A program made the translations under genes and the position numbers. Below are positions 21,130-31,016 of a stretch of DNA of 64,000 bases, piece by piece (positions within the stretch are counted from its first letter, which is position 1; every line of letters starts with the position of its first letter). Origin of the DNA: an uncultured Candidatus Saccharibacteria bacterium (GTDB taxonomy: Bacteria > Patescibacteriota > Minisyncoccia > Phycocordibacterales > Phycocordibacteraceae); NCBI GenBank assembly GCA_964507275.1, contig CAZDPG010000001.1:468577-532576 (forward strand). The letters are read 5' to 3'. The notes under the pieces are model-generated. The model was not told the DNA's origin and did not search any database. It saw nothing but the letters and a program-made list of their open reading frames with translations.

Positions 21130-21307
21130 AGTCCTATATATAAATGAATAAAACTCCCCTACGCACCAGTAGCATGAGTATAGCGGAAGTCAGAGAGCAA
21201 CAGAAGTTGACATATAGAGAGATTCCGGCATAATAGCCCCAGAATCAGCTTTTGGCTGATAGGTGCGCTTCGGCGCTTTTGTAGTTCCCTGATATGAGGA
21301 GGATCAA

Positions 21308-21835
21308 ATGAAATTCCCAGATGCCTACACCATCGGTCGGCACTTGCAAACGACGACAGCAAGTCTCGCCTTTGCCCTGCTCTGCGGAGCCATAGTCGCT
21401 GTGGCCGCACTTACGGACTACTACTCGCACGAAAATCAGTTGCGGCTCAAGAGCGCACAAGCCGCCGGGAAGTTCGTCGCCACAACCGAAACCGACTTCC
21501 CGAGGAACCGGGTCTCCGTCCTGTACGCCCTGCACGATATGCGCTCGGCATACGAAGAGACCGGAGAGAACGACCCTGTCCGCCTCGGGCAACTCGCTCG
21601 ACTCGAGGACTGGCTGGTGCGGTCGCATACGGCGGGCGAGGAGCAAGCGTTCCTCACCGAGGTCCGCCTCCACGGCAAGGTCGCAGCACTGTCACTATGG
21701 TTCGGTTCCCCGGGCAGAATTTCGATCTCGGTTCTCGTCGCCAGCATCTTCGGATTCCTCTTCCTTATGGCGCTAAACGCGATTGTCGGACAGATGGATC
21801 CTCGTCTACGGCCGAGCCGCGCGGCCGGCTGCTAA
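21308..21835 (+). CDS. Hypothetical membrane protein
   Basis: Hydrophobic segments at both ends. Competing antisense ORFs exist in this GC-rich stretch, so the strand call is uncertain. Confidence 0.3.
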   Translation: MKFPDAYTIGRHLQTTTASLAFALLCGAIVAVAALTDYYSHENQLRLKSAQAAGKFVATTETDFPRNRVSVLYALHDMRSAYEETGENDPVRLGQLARLEDWLVRSHTAGEEQAFLTEVRLHGKVAALSLWFGSPGRISISVLVASIFGFLFLMALNAIVGQMDPRLRPSRAAGC

Positions 21836-21925
21836 ACCCTCCTGCACAGGAGTTACACGGGCCGTCCTGACTTTCAGGCGGCCCGTATCTTTTTATATGC
21901 ACAGCTTGCACAGCCTTCCATTATC

Positions 21926-22186
21926 ATGGTATCTTTAGCGCTACAGATGGAGGCACTCGTATCGGCACTACCGTACGCGGAAATCATACTCTCAATACTC
22001 CTCATCGTCGGCATCGTGCTTCAGCGGCGCGGTGCGACTCTCGGAGGAGCCTTCGGAGGCGATAATTTCGCATCGACATTCTACAAGCGCAGAGGCGCTG
22101 AGAAGTTCCTATTTAATGCGACCGTTCTTATCGCGATTCTCCTCGTGCTTGCGGCTATAGCGAACTTCCTTCTGGCGGGGTCATGA
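21926..22186 (+). CDS. secG: Preprotein translocase subunit SecG
   Basis: Two TM helices flanking LQRRGATLGGAFGG...F..RRGAEKFL, the SecG signature. Confidence 0.7.
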   Translation: MVSLALQMEALVSALPYAEIILSILLIVGIVLQRRGATLGGAFGGDNFASTFYKRRGAEKFLFNATVLIAILLVLAAIANFLLAGS

Positions 22187-23916
22187 TCGACCTAGACCGT
22201 TCTCACTGGCGAGAACAACTTGCGCTTACGCGAAGCATTCCTATGCTCGATCGAGTAAGCACCTATATCAGTTCGCTTTCGTCAGGTGATCGGGTCGTCT
22301 TCTATATCCTCACGACTATCGTCGGCATCGCCTCTCTTTTGAGCTTGTACGCCCTTGAGCAGTCTCTCCTCACGGAGATACCTGCATATGGAGGAACACT
22401 CATTGAGGGCGAGATCGGAAATCCTCAGTTCATAAACCCATTGCTCGCTATCAGCGATGCGGACCGCGATCTCTCGACTCTGACCCATTCCGGACTCATG
22501 GGACTCTCGAAATCAGGTTCTCTCGTTCCCGTCCTCGCTGAGAGCTACGACGTGAGCCCTGACAGCAAGACGTATACGTTTATTCTGAAGGAGGGCGCAA
22601 AGTTCACGGATGGCTCGCCTGTCACCGCGAACGATGTCGTGTTCACCGTAAGGAAGGCTCAAGATCCAGCGCTCAAGAGCCCTGAATACGCAAACTGGTC
22701 GGGAGTGAACGTCGTCGCCGTCGACCAGCAGACCGTCCGCTTCACACTCTCCAAACCCTACGCCCCGTTCCTCGGTCTCACGACACTCGGCATCCTTCCG
22801 GCGCGGCTCTGGCAGAACATTTCGGACGCCGAATTCCCATTCTCTTCCCTTGAGACGAATCCGGTCGGAACCGGCCCGTTCAAAGTCGCAGATGTCTCTC
22901 GCGATGCACGCGGACTGATCCAGAGCGTGTCGCTTGTCGCAAACCCGAATTATGTGCTCGGCCGTCCGTACCTTGATAGTATCCGCTTCAACTTCTACTC
23001 GAATGCTGAGGATCTCGCGCGAGCAATCAAGAGCGGTGCGGTCGAGAGCGCGTATGGCGTCATGGGACAGAAGGTTCTGACGGCCCCCTATGCGCGGGTC
23101 TTCGGAGTGTTCTTCAACCCGAATGAGAAGCAGGTGTACACCCGCATCGAAGTCCGCAAGGCGCTCTCACTCGCTCTTGATCGAACGGCAATCATTGCTT
23201 CAGCGCTCGGAGGATATGCGACGCCCATTGCGGGTCCCGTGCCGCCGGGAGAAAGCGTGAGGCAGTTCCCGGTTCCGCAATCGAGCGACTTCACAGCCGC
23301 GGCAGCCAAAACTCTCGAATCCGCCGGATGGATCTATGACGGAGAAGCGCGGATGTGGAAGAACGCGAAAGCAAAACAATCGCTCGATACCATCACGATT
23401 CGCACATCGAACGTACCCGAGTTGAAGAGTGTCGCAAGTGCTGTGAAGAGCGATTGGGAGAAGCTCGGTATCGCTGTCGATATAGAGCTCTACGAACCAG
23501 GCGATCTCTCTCAGAATGTCATCCGCCCGCGGAAGTATGGTGCACTCCTCTACGGCATGGTGATCGGCCGCGATCAGGATCTCTACGCTTTCTGGGATTC
23601 CCAGGAACGCAATGATCCGGGTCTCAATATCGCGCTTTATGCAAACAAGAACGTCGATGCTCTGCTCGAACACGCACGGAGCACGGCCGATGAGGCCAGT
23701 CGCGTGAAAGATCTTCAGAAAATCGAAGATATCATCGCGGCGGACTATCCAGCAGCGTTCATCTATGCACCAAATTTCATCTATACCCTTCCAGAAGACA
23801 TGAAGGGCGTGGACCTCCCTCAGATCATCACTCCTGCCGACCGATTCGCGACCGTAGCATCATGGTACCGATTTACTGATGCCGTCTGGCCATTTTTCGA
23901 TCGGAGGAATCAGTAA
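22183..23916 (+). CDS. ABC transporter substrate-binding protein, family 5 (Opp/Dpp-like), membrane-anchored
   Basis: 577 aa with N-terminal TM anchor. PVGTGPFKV motif and SBP_bac_5 architecture. No adjacent permeases. Confidence 0.8.
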   Translation: MIDLDRSHWREQLALTRSIPMLDRVSTYISSLSSGDRVVFYILTTIVGIASLLSLYALEQSLLTEIPAYGGTLIEGEIGNPQFINPLLAISDADRDLSTLTHSGLMGLSKSGSLVPVLAESYDVSPDSKTYTFILKEGAKFTDGSPVTANDVVFTVRKAQDPALKSPEYANWSGVNVVAVDQQTVRFTLSKPYAPFLGLTTLGILPARLWQNISDAEFPFSSLETNPVGTGPFKVADVSRDARGLIQSVSLVANPNYVLGRPYLDSIRFNFYSNAEDLARAIKSGAVESAYGVMGQKVLTAPYARVFGVFFNPNEKQVYTRIEVRKALSLALDRTAIIASALGGYATPIAGPVPPGESVRQFPVPQSSDFTAAAAKTLESAGWIYDGEARMWKNAKAKQSLDTITIRTSNVPELKSVASAVKSDWEKLGIAVDIELYEPGDLSQNVIRPRKYGALLYGMVIGRDQDLYAFWDSQERNDPGLNIALYANKNVDALLEHARSTADEASRVKDLQKIEDIIAADYPAAFIYAPNFIYTLPEDMKGVDLPQIITPADRFATVASWYRFTDAVWPFFDRRNQ

Positions 23917-23976
23917 TCATTTTCGTACGGGTTTATCTTTATTCATTTTGCAAGCCCGAATAACCAACTAATCGTT

Positions 23977-25896
23977 ATGAATCCAGCACCAGCTCCCGCT
24001 CCCGCACCGACACCGGCACAGCCGAACCCGGCACGAAGAGCGCCGACCGAGCACGAGCGTCCGGCCAAGCGCTTCACGCGCGGCGGCGATCGCACAGGCC
24101 GCGCGACACCACGACCAGGCGGCGCGACCAGGCGCATACAGCGCATCTTGCGTCGTCCGACCTCGTCGTCCTCTCCGCGTGCGCATGCCACGGCAGATTA
24201 TTATCCGGAACAACCAGGACCGACGACGGTCCGCATCATCCCGCTTGGCGGTGTCGAAGAAGTCGGACGCAACATGATTGCGGTCGAAGTCGGTGCGACG
24301 GGCGATATCATCGTCTTCGACGCCGGCTTCCAGTTCGTCTCTGAAGACACGTCTCCAGGAGTTGATTACATCCTTCCGAATACGAAATATCTCGAGAAGA
24401 ATGCACATCGGGTGAAAGGTGTCGTCATTACGCACGGACACCTCGACCACATCGGCGGTATTCCCTTCATCCTGCCGCGCTTCGGCACGCCGCCTATCTA
24501 TACCCAGAACCTTACGTCCGTGATGATCCAGAGACGGCAAGAAGAATATCCTGACGTTCCAAAACCGGAGATGAACATCGTCGAGGTCGGCCAGACCGTA
24601 ACCATCGGCTCAACGCGTGTGAAGTTCTTCCCGGTCACACACTCAATCCCTGATTCCATGGGTGCTTCGGTGGAGACGCCGCAAGGAAACGTCGTCATCT
24701 CTGGCGATTTGAAACTCGACCATGATGACAGCATCCCTTCCGCGCGAGAAGTGAAGACGTGGGGCGAACTCGGCAAAGACAAGAACATCTTCATGGTTGC
24801 CGATTCGACCAACGCCGAGAAGGATGGTTTCTCCATTCCTGAAATACGTGTCATTCAGACACTCGAAGACATCATCAAGACCGTGTCAGGCCGCCTCATC
24901 ATCGGGACGTTCGCCTCGCAGTTCGAGCGCATGATTCACATCATGGAAGCTGCTGAGAAACATAATAAGAAGATTGTCCTCGAGGGACGATCTATCAAGA
25001 CCAACCTCGAGATTGCTGAGAAAACAGGGCTTCTTAAGATTAACAAGAGCACCTTCATACAGGCGCAAGAGTTGAGCGATTATCCACCGGACAAGGTTGT
25101 CATCCTCTCGACGGGCGCGCAGGGTGAGGAATTCGCAGCGCTTATGCGCATCGCAACGCGCCAGCATAAATACATCACGTTGAACGAGCGCGATACCATT
25201 GTCCTCTCCTCTTCGGTCATTCCGGGGAACGAAATCGCCGTGCAGAAGCTCAAGGATAACCTCTACCGTCACGGAGTGACGCTCATCCATTACCGCTCGA
25301 GCGACGTCCACTCGACCGGCCACGGAAACACCGGTGAACTCGTCTGGATCAATAAGCAGGTGCACCCGACATTCTTCATGCCAGGGTACGGCTATCGATC
25401 GATGACGACCTGTCATGCGAAAGCGGTCGAACAATCGGGCTTCCCGCGCGAGAATATCATTCTCGCAGACAATGGCACGGTCATCGACATTGAGGACGGC
25501 GTCCGACTGAATGTGCACAAGCAGAAGGTTCCCTCTTCCCCGATGGTCGTCGACGGATTCACAATCGGCGATATACAAGAGGTGGTCATTCGTGACCGCC
25601 AGTCGCTCGCTAAGGACGGTATGTTCGTGATTATCGCGAGCGTGAACTTGAAGACGGGCAAGCTGCGCAAGTCCCCGGACATCATCAGCCGCGGATTCGT
25701 GTATCTGCGCGAGTCGCAGATGCTTCTGAATGAAGCGCGTCTTCTCATTAAGAAAACAATCGAGGATTCGACCCGCAACATGAACCCGGTCGATCTTGAT
25801 TACGTAAAGAACAATCTCACCGATGTTATGGCCGGATTCCTCTTCGCGCGCACCAATAAGGCGCCGATGGTGATCCCGGTGTTGATTGGAATGTAA
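23977..25896 (+). CDS. rnj: Ribonuclease J (MBL/beta-CASP) with Ala/Pro/Arg-rich N-terminal extension
   Basis: VITHGHLDHIGG metallo-beta-lactamase motif, beta-CASP and C-terminal domain. The first ~90 aa are low-complexity (APAPAPAPTPAQ..., Arg-rich). Confidence 0.9.
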   Translation: MNPAPAPAPAPTPAQPNPARRAPTEHERPAKRFTRGGDRTGRATPRPGGATRRIQRILRRPTSSSSPRAHATADYYPEQPGPTTVRIIPLGGVEEVGRNMIAVEVGATGDIIVFDAGFQFVSEDTSPGVDYILPNTKYLEKNAHRVKGVVITHGHLDHIGGIPFILPRFGTPPIYTQNLTSVMIQRRQEEYPDVPKPEMNIVEVGQTVTIGSTRVKFFPVTHSIPDSMGASVETPQGNVVISGDLKLDHDDSIPSAREVKTWGELGKDKNIFMVADSTNAEKDGFSIPEIRVIQTLEDIIKTVSGRLIIGTFASQFERMIHIMEAAEKHNKKIVLEGRSIKTNLEIAEKTGLLKINKSTFIQAQELSDYPPDKVVILSTGAQGEEFAALMRIATRQHKYITLNERDTIVLSSSVIPGNEIAVQKLKDNLYRHGVTLIHYRSSDVHSTGHGNTGELVWINKQVHPTFFMPGYGYRSMTTCHAKAVEQSGFPRENIILADNGTVIDIEDGVRLNVHKQKVPSSPMVVDGFTIGDIQEVVIRDRQSLAKDGMFVIIASVNLKTGKLRKSPDIISRGFVYLRESQMLLNEARLLIKKTIEDSTRNMNPVDLDYVKNNLTDVMAGFLFARTNKAPMVIPVLIGM

Positions 25897-25954
25897 TCGC
25901 AAACACAGTGTTTGAAGAAAGTGCGGCTCGCTAAAAGCGAGTCGCACTTTCTAT

Positions 25955-27127
25955 ATGCTATCCTCTACCACAATGCATCCGCGCGTCATACTCTTTGTCG
26001 GGAACTTCTTCTTCTCGATATTCACCGCTCTCACGATCTACATTCTCCTCCCCTTCCTCTCTTCGTTTATGCCAGCGGCATACACCGGACTCGTCGTTGC
26101 GTGCGGAGGACTCGTTGCGCTCATCCTCTTCCCGTACTTACCGCGACTCGTCGCACGCCATGGCGCCCAACAGATGGCGCTCGTCTTCGCGATTATAGAA
26201 ATGGTCGCCCTCTTCGCTCTCGCGGTAGCACCAGGGGCAATCTCGGGCTCGCTCCTCATCATTGTCGCGGTAGCACTCCAGCCCTTTATCTCCTACGAAC
26301 TCGACCTCCTGCTTGAAGCTGTCGATACTCCGAAGGAGATGGTCGGTCGTGTACGTACGACATTCCTCACCGCACACAACTCAGGTTCACTTGCCGCGCC
26401 ACTTCTCCTGGGAGCGCTTCTCGTGAATTCGAACGCCTATGGACGAATCTTCCTTGCGGCTGCGGCGATGCTCGTGCCGTTCATCGTCCTGCTCGCTGCA
26501 CGAAGTCTCCCGAAAGGGATCCCGCATCAACATGCGCACATGAAAGACACACTCATTTGTATCTCCCGTGACCGTGATTTGTCTGCCGTTACGTTCGCTC
26601 ACTTCCTCCTATACCTCTTCTACATCTGGGCGCCGCTCTACGCACCAATCTATCTGCACACAGTACTCGGCATTCCCTGGTCGACGCTCGGCTGGATGTT
26701 CTCGATTATGCTCATCCCCTACGCACTCCTTGAGTATCCGGCAGGATGGGTCGCTGACCGATTCCTCGGAGATAAAGAACTCATGTTCGCGGGATTCGTC
26801 GTCGCTGGGAGCGCACTTGCCGCACTGGGAACTCTTTCTCCCGCGTCTTCCATTCCGCTCATATTACTCATCCTTGTGAGCTCACGCATAGGAGCAGCAC
26901 TCATCGAAGGTATGACCGAGGGACATTTCTTCCGACGTGTCTCAAGCGAAGACATCAACTCGATGAGTATCTTTCGCGGCATCTGGCCCCTCGCGAACGT
27001 CATCGGACCCACGGTTGGCAGTTTGATTCTCTACTTCGGAAACTATTCTCTCTTCTTCTTCATCACCGGAGGATTTATCGCAGTCGCTGGCGCGGTTGCA
27101 ACTCTTTTCATCAGAGATTTCCGCTAA
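25955..27127 (+). CDS. MFS transporter
   Basis: 390 aa, 12 predicted TM helices. Confidence 0.8.
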   Translation: MLSSTTMHPRVILFVGNFFFSIFTALTIYILLPFLSSFMPAAYTGLVVACGGLVALILFPYLPRLVARHGAQQMALVFAIIEMVALFALAVAPGAISGSLLIIVAVALQPFISYELDLLLEAVDTPKEMVGRVRTTFLTAHNSGSLAAPLLLGALLVNSNAYGRIFLAAAAMLVPFIVLLAARSLPKGIPHQHAHMKDTLICISRDRDLSAVTFAHFLLYLFYIWAPLYAPIYLHTVLGIPWSTLGWMFSIMLIPYALLEYPAGWVADRFLGDKELMFAGFVVAGSALAALGTLSPASSIPLILLILVSSRIGAALIEGMTEGHFFRRVSSEDINSMSIFRGIWPLANVIGPTVGSLILYFGNYSLFFFITGGFIAVAGAVATLFIRDFR

Positions 27128-27924
27128 CGTGGGAGGGCATATCGGCCCGCCCTGACCTGCACGAGACCTTCGGCACAGAGGGCACTGAGCGCTCGAAGAG
27201 TCTGTTCGCGCCGAGGAGCTCCTAAGAGCTCTGCTATCTGCTTTTTGCTCCGCACCCCCTTACTCATGAGCTCGCGAAGAATCGCGCCGCGCGCCTCTCG
27301 AAGCGATCCTGTGAACTTTGACTGCTTCGTATGGGTTGTGCTTCGTGCATTGTGCGAGATGCCGGAACGTTTTAGGTATGCCCCATAATCCATGAGCGCG
27401 CTGTACCACTCACGCGCCTTCCCTTTCGGCAGAACCTCCATCAAAATCTTCTTTATCTCTGTATCTGAAACCTTCTTCTTGCGAGGGAAGAAATGATGTA
27501 TGACCGCAGTACGAATATTCGTCTCGATGACGGTGACGTCTTCATTAAACGCAAATGCCGCCACGGCGCGTGCCGTGTACGGTCCCACGCCCGGTAGTGT
27601 TTCCAGTTCAGGGACTGTCGTAACTTTCCGGGCAGAAAGCTCGTGTGCGGCAACATGCAGCATCAATGCACGGCGGTTATACCCAAGCCCTTGCCAGCTC
27701 GTGAGCACCTCTCCAAGCGACGCTGCAGCAAGTCTTTTCGCTGTCGGGAACTTCTTAATGAAATCGACATAGAACGGCAGGGCCCGTGCTACCTGTGTCT
27801 GCTGTAGCATAATTTCAGAGACAAGAATCTTGTAGGTATCATGTGTCTTCCTCCACGGCAGATCATGTCGCCCGTGCGTGCGATAGTGTTTCCACACGAG
27901 CGAACGGAACTTTGTCGGCGTCAT
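27124..27924 (-). CDS. MutY-like HhH-GPD adenine glycosylase lacking the Fe-S cluster loop, with C-terminal winged-helix-like tail
   Basis: N-terminal LPWRKTHDTYKILVSEIMLQQTQV and GLGYNRRA are MutY signatures. No Cys cluster and no NUDIX-like domain. C-terminal KQIAELLG...LVQVRAGRYAL. Confidence 0.7.
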   Translation of the reverse strand: MTPTKFRSLVWKHYRTHGRHDLPWRKTHDTYKILVSEIMLQQTQVARALPFYVDFIKKFPTAKRLAAASLGEVLTSWQGLGYNRRALMLHVAAHELSARKVTTVPELETLPGVGPYTARAVAAFAFNEDVTVIETNIRTAVIHHFFPRKKKVSDTEIKKILMEVLPKGKAREWYSALMDYGAYLKRSGISHNARSTTHTKQSKFTGSLREARGAILRELMSKGVRSKKQIAELLGAPRREQTLRALSALCAEGLVQVRAGRYALPR

Positions 27925-27927
27925 AGA

Positions 27928-28596
27928 TTATTTCGCCTTCGGCCAGCGAAGCGCAGCTGGAGGCCAGAGTTTCGTGAGCGGGTGCTCTGCGCATTCATGC
28001 GGCCGCGCTGGGCACACATACCGACCATAAAGCACGAAACCATTATTCACATACTTCCAATCCTTTTTTGGGATGAGCGCTTCGAGATCTTTCGAGATTT
28101 TCGTGAGATCGGAATTATCCGTAAGGTCAAAGCGTTTTGCAAAACGCCTCACATGCGTGTCGGTCGCAATACCCTCCCAGACGCCATAGAGCTCACCGAG
28201 GATGACATGAGCTGTCTTATATCCCACGCCCGGTAGCTCGATAAGCTCAACTTCTGTTTTCGGTATCTTCCCGGCAAATCTTTCGATCACCACCTTCGCT
28301 GCACCGAGTATCGCCTTCGCTTTATTACGGAAGAACGGGATAGAGGAGATCTCTTTCGTGAAGACAGCAAGATCCGCTTCGGCGAAGTCACGGGGGGTCT
28401 TATATTTCTTGAAAAGCGATGCCGTCAACTTATTCACAGCCTTATCCGTGCACTGTGCCGAGAGAATCACTGCAACGACGAACTGAAACGGTGTTCGGTG
28501 TACGAGCTCGCTTGAAGGGTTTGGATACGCCTTCTTCAGGAAAGAAACCAGTTTTCTTGCACGAGTCTTCCGCTCGATGTCTTTCGTAGAGACCAT
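27928..28596 (-). CDS. nth: Endonuclease III (Nth) homolog with degenerate Fe-S motif
   Basis: HhH-GPD with LPGVGYKTA. C-terminal CPARPHECAEH...W retains only 2 of the 4 cluster cysteines. Confidence 0.8.
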   Translation of the reverse strand: MVSTKDIERKTRARKLVSFLKKAYPNPSSELVHRTPFQFVVAVILSAQCTDKAVNKLTASLFKKYKTPRDFAEADLAVFTKEISSIPFFRNKAKAILGAAKVVIERFAGKIPKTEVELIELPGVGYKTAHVILGELYGVWEGIATDTHVRRFAKRFDLTDNSDLTKISKDLEALIPKKDWKYVNNGFVLYGRYVCPARPHECAEHPLTKLWPPAALRWPKAK

Positions 28597-28599
28597 CAG

Positions 28600-29784
28600 C
28601 TACCGTGCTCCGACGTCACTACCCTCATGGCGAGGGAACGCGAATCGGAAGAAAGTCTGGAGAAGTATCCCTGCCGCAAAAAGCATGAGGAGGAGCGCGA
28701 TGGGCGGACCAATGACCGGCACGAGCGCAATGAGCGAGAGTATCGCCGTCCCAAGGACGCCATCATGCCACAGGATTTGTTCGCGTTTGATGAAGCGCCG
28801 GGAGAGCATGCCGCCTATCAATATACCCGCATAGACGAGAGAGAGGAGGAGGAGAAGCGCATAGAGAATGAGGATGAGCAGAGCGAGACCGATGCCTACA
28901 AACGTGAGCAGGAGCATAGCCACGACAATCGGCGTCGCGACGAGTATAGCGAATCCAAGAAGCTCAGCCAGGAGAATATCACGCGGACGATCTTGGAAAA
29001 CACGATCAACAATCGCTTCTGCGAACTTTGGGAAAAGACCAGCGAGGATACCGGCGAGAATGAGTGCTCCGATAATCCGCGCGATGATGAAAAAGCCAAT
29101 ACTCACAAACGCAAGCATGCGCGATGTACTGACATCAGGAAGATACGCGGCGTTCGTATAGGTAATGCCACCGACAACCGTCGCCGATGCAGGGATTACC
29201 GCCTTGTCCGGCGACTCATACGCGAGACTGCCACGGATCATCGTGCCAGGAGCGAGTGCGACACGGCCGCTCGCGATAATCGAGACATCACTCGAGAAAT
29301 CTCCAGCGAGTGAGATGTTGTTCCCGTAGATGGTGACCGGCCCGAGAGCGCCATCGCTTATAGTTGCGTTCGCCGCGACAATGAACACACTTCCTCTGAC
29401 ACGACCTGTATCACGCACGGAGTAGCCGAGAGCAACGAGATCGCCCGCAATAGACTCATTGACGTCGATGCTTCCACCAGCGGCCCTGAAGTCACCCTTC
29501 ATACTTGCGCGTGAGCTTATGGACCCGGCGAGGATGAAATTATCCCCTGAAACCGGAGCCGCGATGATGACCGATCCCCCGCACGCGAGGAAGTCACCGG
29601 CAACCGGAGCGGTCAGTACGATTGAAGCACCCGCAGCGTATGAGTTTCCCGGTGAAGAACTCGTGGCGACGAGTGACTGTGCTGCCGAGAACGATGCTGG
29701 AGCAGCGATTGCCTGACGCGTGATGATAGTGGCGCCCGCCGGTATGAGACAGAGAGCGATGACAGCAAGAACGGCGCGCTTCAT
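28600..29784 (-). CDS. Membrane protein with periplasmic beta-helix-like repeat domain
   Basis: Signal peptide. Repeated AGDxxxxGGSVxIxAxVSGD units resembling bactofilin or beta-helix polymer repeats. C-terminal multi-TM region. Start taken at MKRAVLAV. Confidence 0.45.
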   Translation of the reverse strand: MKRAVLAVIALCLIPAGATIITRQAIAAPASFSAAQSLVATSSSPGNSYAAGASIVLTAPVAGDFLACGGSVIIAAPVSGDNFILAGSISSRASMKGDFRAAGGSIDVNESIAGDLVALGYSVRDTGRVRGSVFIVAANATISDGALGPVTIYGNNISLAGDFSSDVSIIASGRVALAPGTMIRGSLAYESPDKAVIPASATVVGGITYTNAAYLPDVSTSRMLAFVSIGFFIIARIIGALILAGILAGLFPKFAEAIVDRVFQDRPRDILLAELLGFAILVATPIVVAMLLLTFVGIGLALLILILYALLLLLSLVYAGILIGGMLSRRFIKREQILWHDGVLGTAILSLIALVPVIGPPIALLLMLFAAGILLQTFFRFAFPRHEGSDVGAR

Positions 29785-29791
29785 GGCAGGA

Positions 29792-30289
29792 TCAGGACAC
29801 CGGTGGCATCGGAAGATGCGGCGGACTCTCTTTCGGGAGATTACCCACAAAGGAGTGCTGCTCCTTGCTGCGACTCAATGGTTCAATGAGACTCGCAAGG
29901 ATGAATATGAAAAGCGCGATAAGAGAGGACGCGAGGCAGTATATGCAGAATGCACCGATGAGGAAGACTTGTACGCCGGTGAAGTAGAGCGATGCAAGAA
30001 TGCCGGCAAAGGAGACGCCCTGCAAGACGCGGCGCAAGAGCCGATCAAAAAGGACGAGCTCGAGTGCGGCAAGGACGAAAAGTATCCCGTAGAACAGGAC
30101 ACCGTATTCGGCGAGCGGTATGCCAAAAAGCTGAGAATATTGGCTGTTAGCGACAATATTACAGCCGGAAAGATTCTGGATATTGCAGAGGAGCGGCGTA
30201 CCGCTGATCCTGCTTTGGGCGATGTACGTGGCATTCGCAATCCCACAAAAGGCGAGGATTAATATACCGACAACTCCAATGCGTTTCAT
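29792..30289 (-). CDS. Vitamin K epoxide reductase (VKOR) family protein
   Basis: 4-5 TM helices. Loop Cys pair (CNIQNLSGC) and TM CxxC (CIYC), the VKOR active-site arrangement. Confidence 0.7.
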   Translation of the reverse strand: MKRIGVVGILILAFCGIANATYIAQSRISGTPLLCNIQNLSGCNIVANSQYSQLFGIPLAEYGVLFYGILFVLAALELVLFDRLLRRVLQGVSFAGILASLYFTGVQVFLIGAFCIYCLASSLIALFIFILASLIEPLSRSKEQHSFVGNLPKESPPHLPMPPVS

Positions 30290-30383
30290 ACCCTAAAGGA
30301 TACGCGCCTTACGAGCTCTACGCAAATGGCGTATGCCGCCCTGCGCCTCGATGAAAGGAATCTGTTAGACTGGAGCGATTCAC

Positions 30384-31016
30384 ATGATTGAGTCCTTTTT
30401 CCTTTCCAATCTCATAGCAGGCTCTGCTAGCAGTGCCGCGCTTCTCGCGCTCCTAATCGTCGTGGGGGTCATCTTCCTCGAAGATACCACCGTAGTGGTG
30501 GTCGGTATGCTTGCCGCCGACGGACTCCTGTCTATACCGTTCGCGCTCTTTTCGCTCTATGTCGGCGTCGTGATTGGCGACATCGCGCTCTACTCCCTCG
30601 GACGTCTCGCACGCACCCACCCACGTCTCGCGCACTACGTCGATCATGATTTCACCGCTCCATTCCGCATATGGCTCGAGACACGGTTCGTACTCACTGT
30701 ATTCTCAGCACGGTTCATCCCGGGTGCGCGCTTGCCGGCCTATACCGCGAGCGGATTCTTCCATTCGCCTCTTTCCGTTTTTCTGTTCACGACAATCGGC
30801 GCGACGGCTATCTGGACGACATTCTTGTTCTCCGCCTCCTACCTGTTCGGAAATCTCACTGCAGGATGGATGGGACCGGCGCGATGGGGTATCGCGCTCG
30901 GATTCCTCATCGCCCTCTTCCTCATCGGGAGGCACAATGTCCTCTCGTATCGCGCTAGAAGGGACGGTGCTGATACCTGCGCCGATACTCATGCGCCGTC
31001 AGCAGAAGGAGAGTAA
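30384..31016 (+). CDS. DedA/VTT-domain membrane protein
   Basis: 210 aa. DedA-type motif GxxxGDxxxY and a reentrant loop pattern. Confidence 0.75.
   Translation: MIESFFLSNLIAGSASSAALLALLIVVGVIFLEDTTVVVVGMLAADGLLSIPFALFSLYVGVVIGDIALYSLGRLARTHPRLAHYVDHDFTAPFRIWLETRFVLTVFSARFIPGARLPAYTASGFFHSPLSVFLFTTIGATAIWTTFLFSASYLFGNLTAGWMGPARWGIALGFLIALFLIGRHNVLSYRARRDGADTCADTHAPSAEGE

Noticed and set aside
21130-21310. Searched upstream of groES for a CIRCE (TTAGCACTC-N9-GAGTGCTAA) HrcA operator
   Set aside because: No CIRCE-like inverted repeat present. Heat-shock control, if any, must use another element.
23985-24010. Short tandem GCACC(A/G)GCTCCCGC repeats that might suggest a CRISPR or microsatellite
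   Set aside because: Only ~3 imperfect units, in frame, encoding the (AP)n start of RNase J. Not a repeat-spacer array.
24886-25947. 353-aa minus-strand ORF antisense to RNase J, plus several 60-190 aa ORFs antisense to its N-terminus (23943-24540)
   Set aside because: GC-rich antisense ORFs. The plus strand carries unmistakable RNase J motifs. The antisense products are His/Arg-rich with no domain features.
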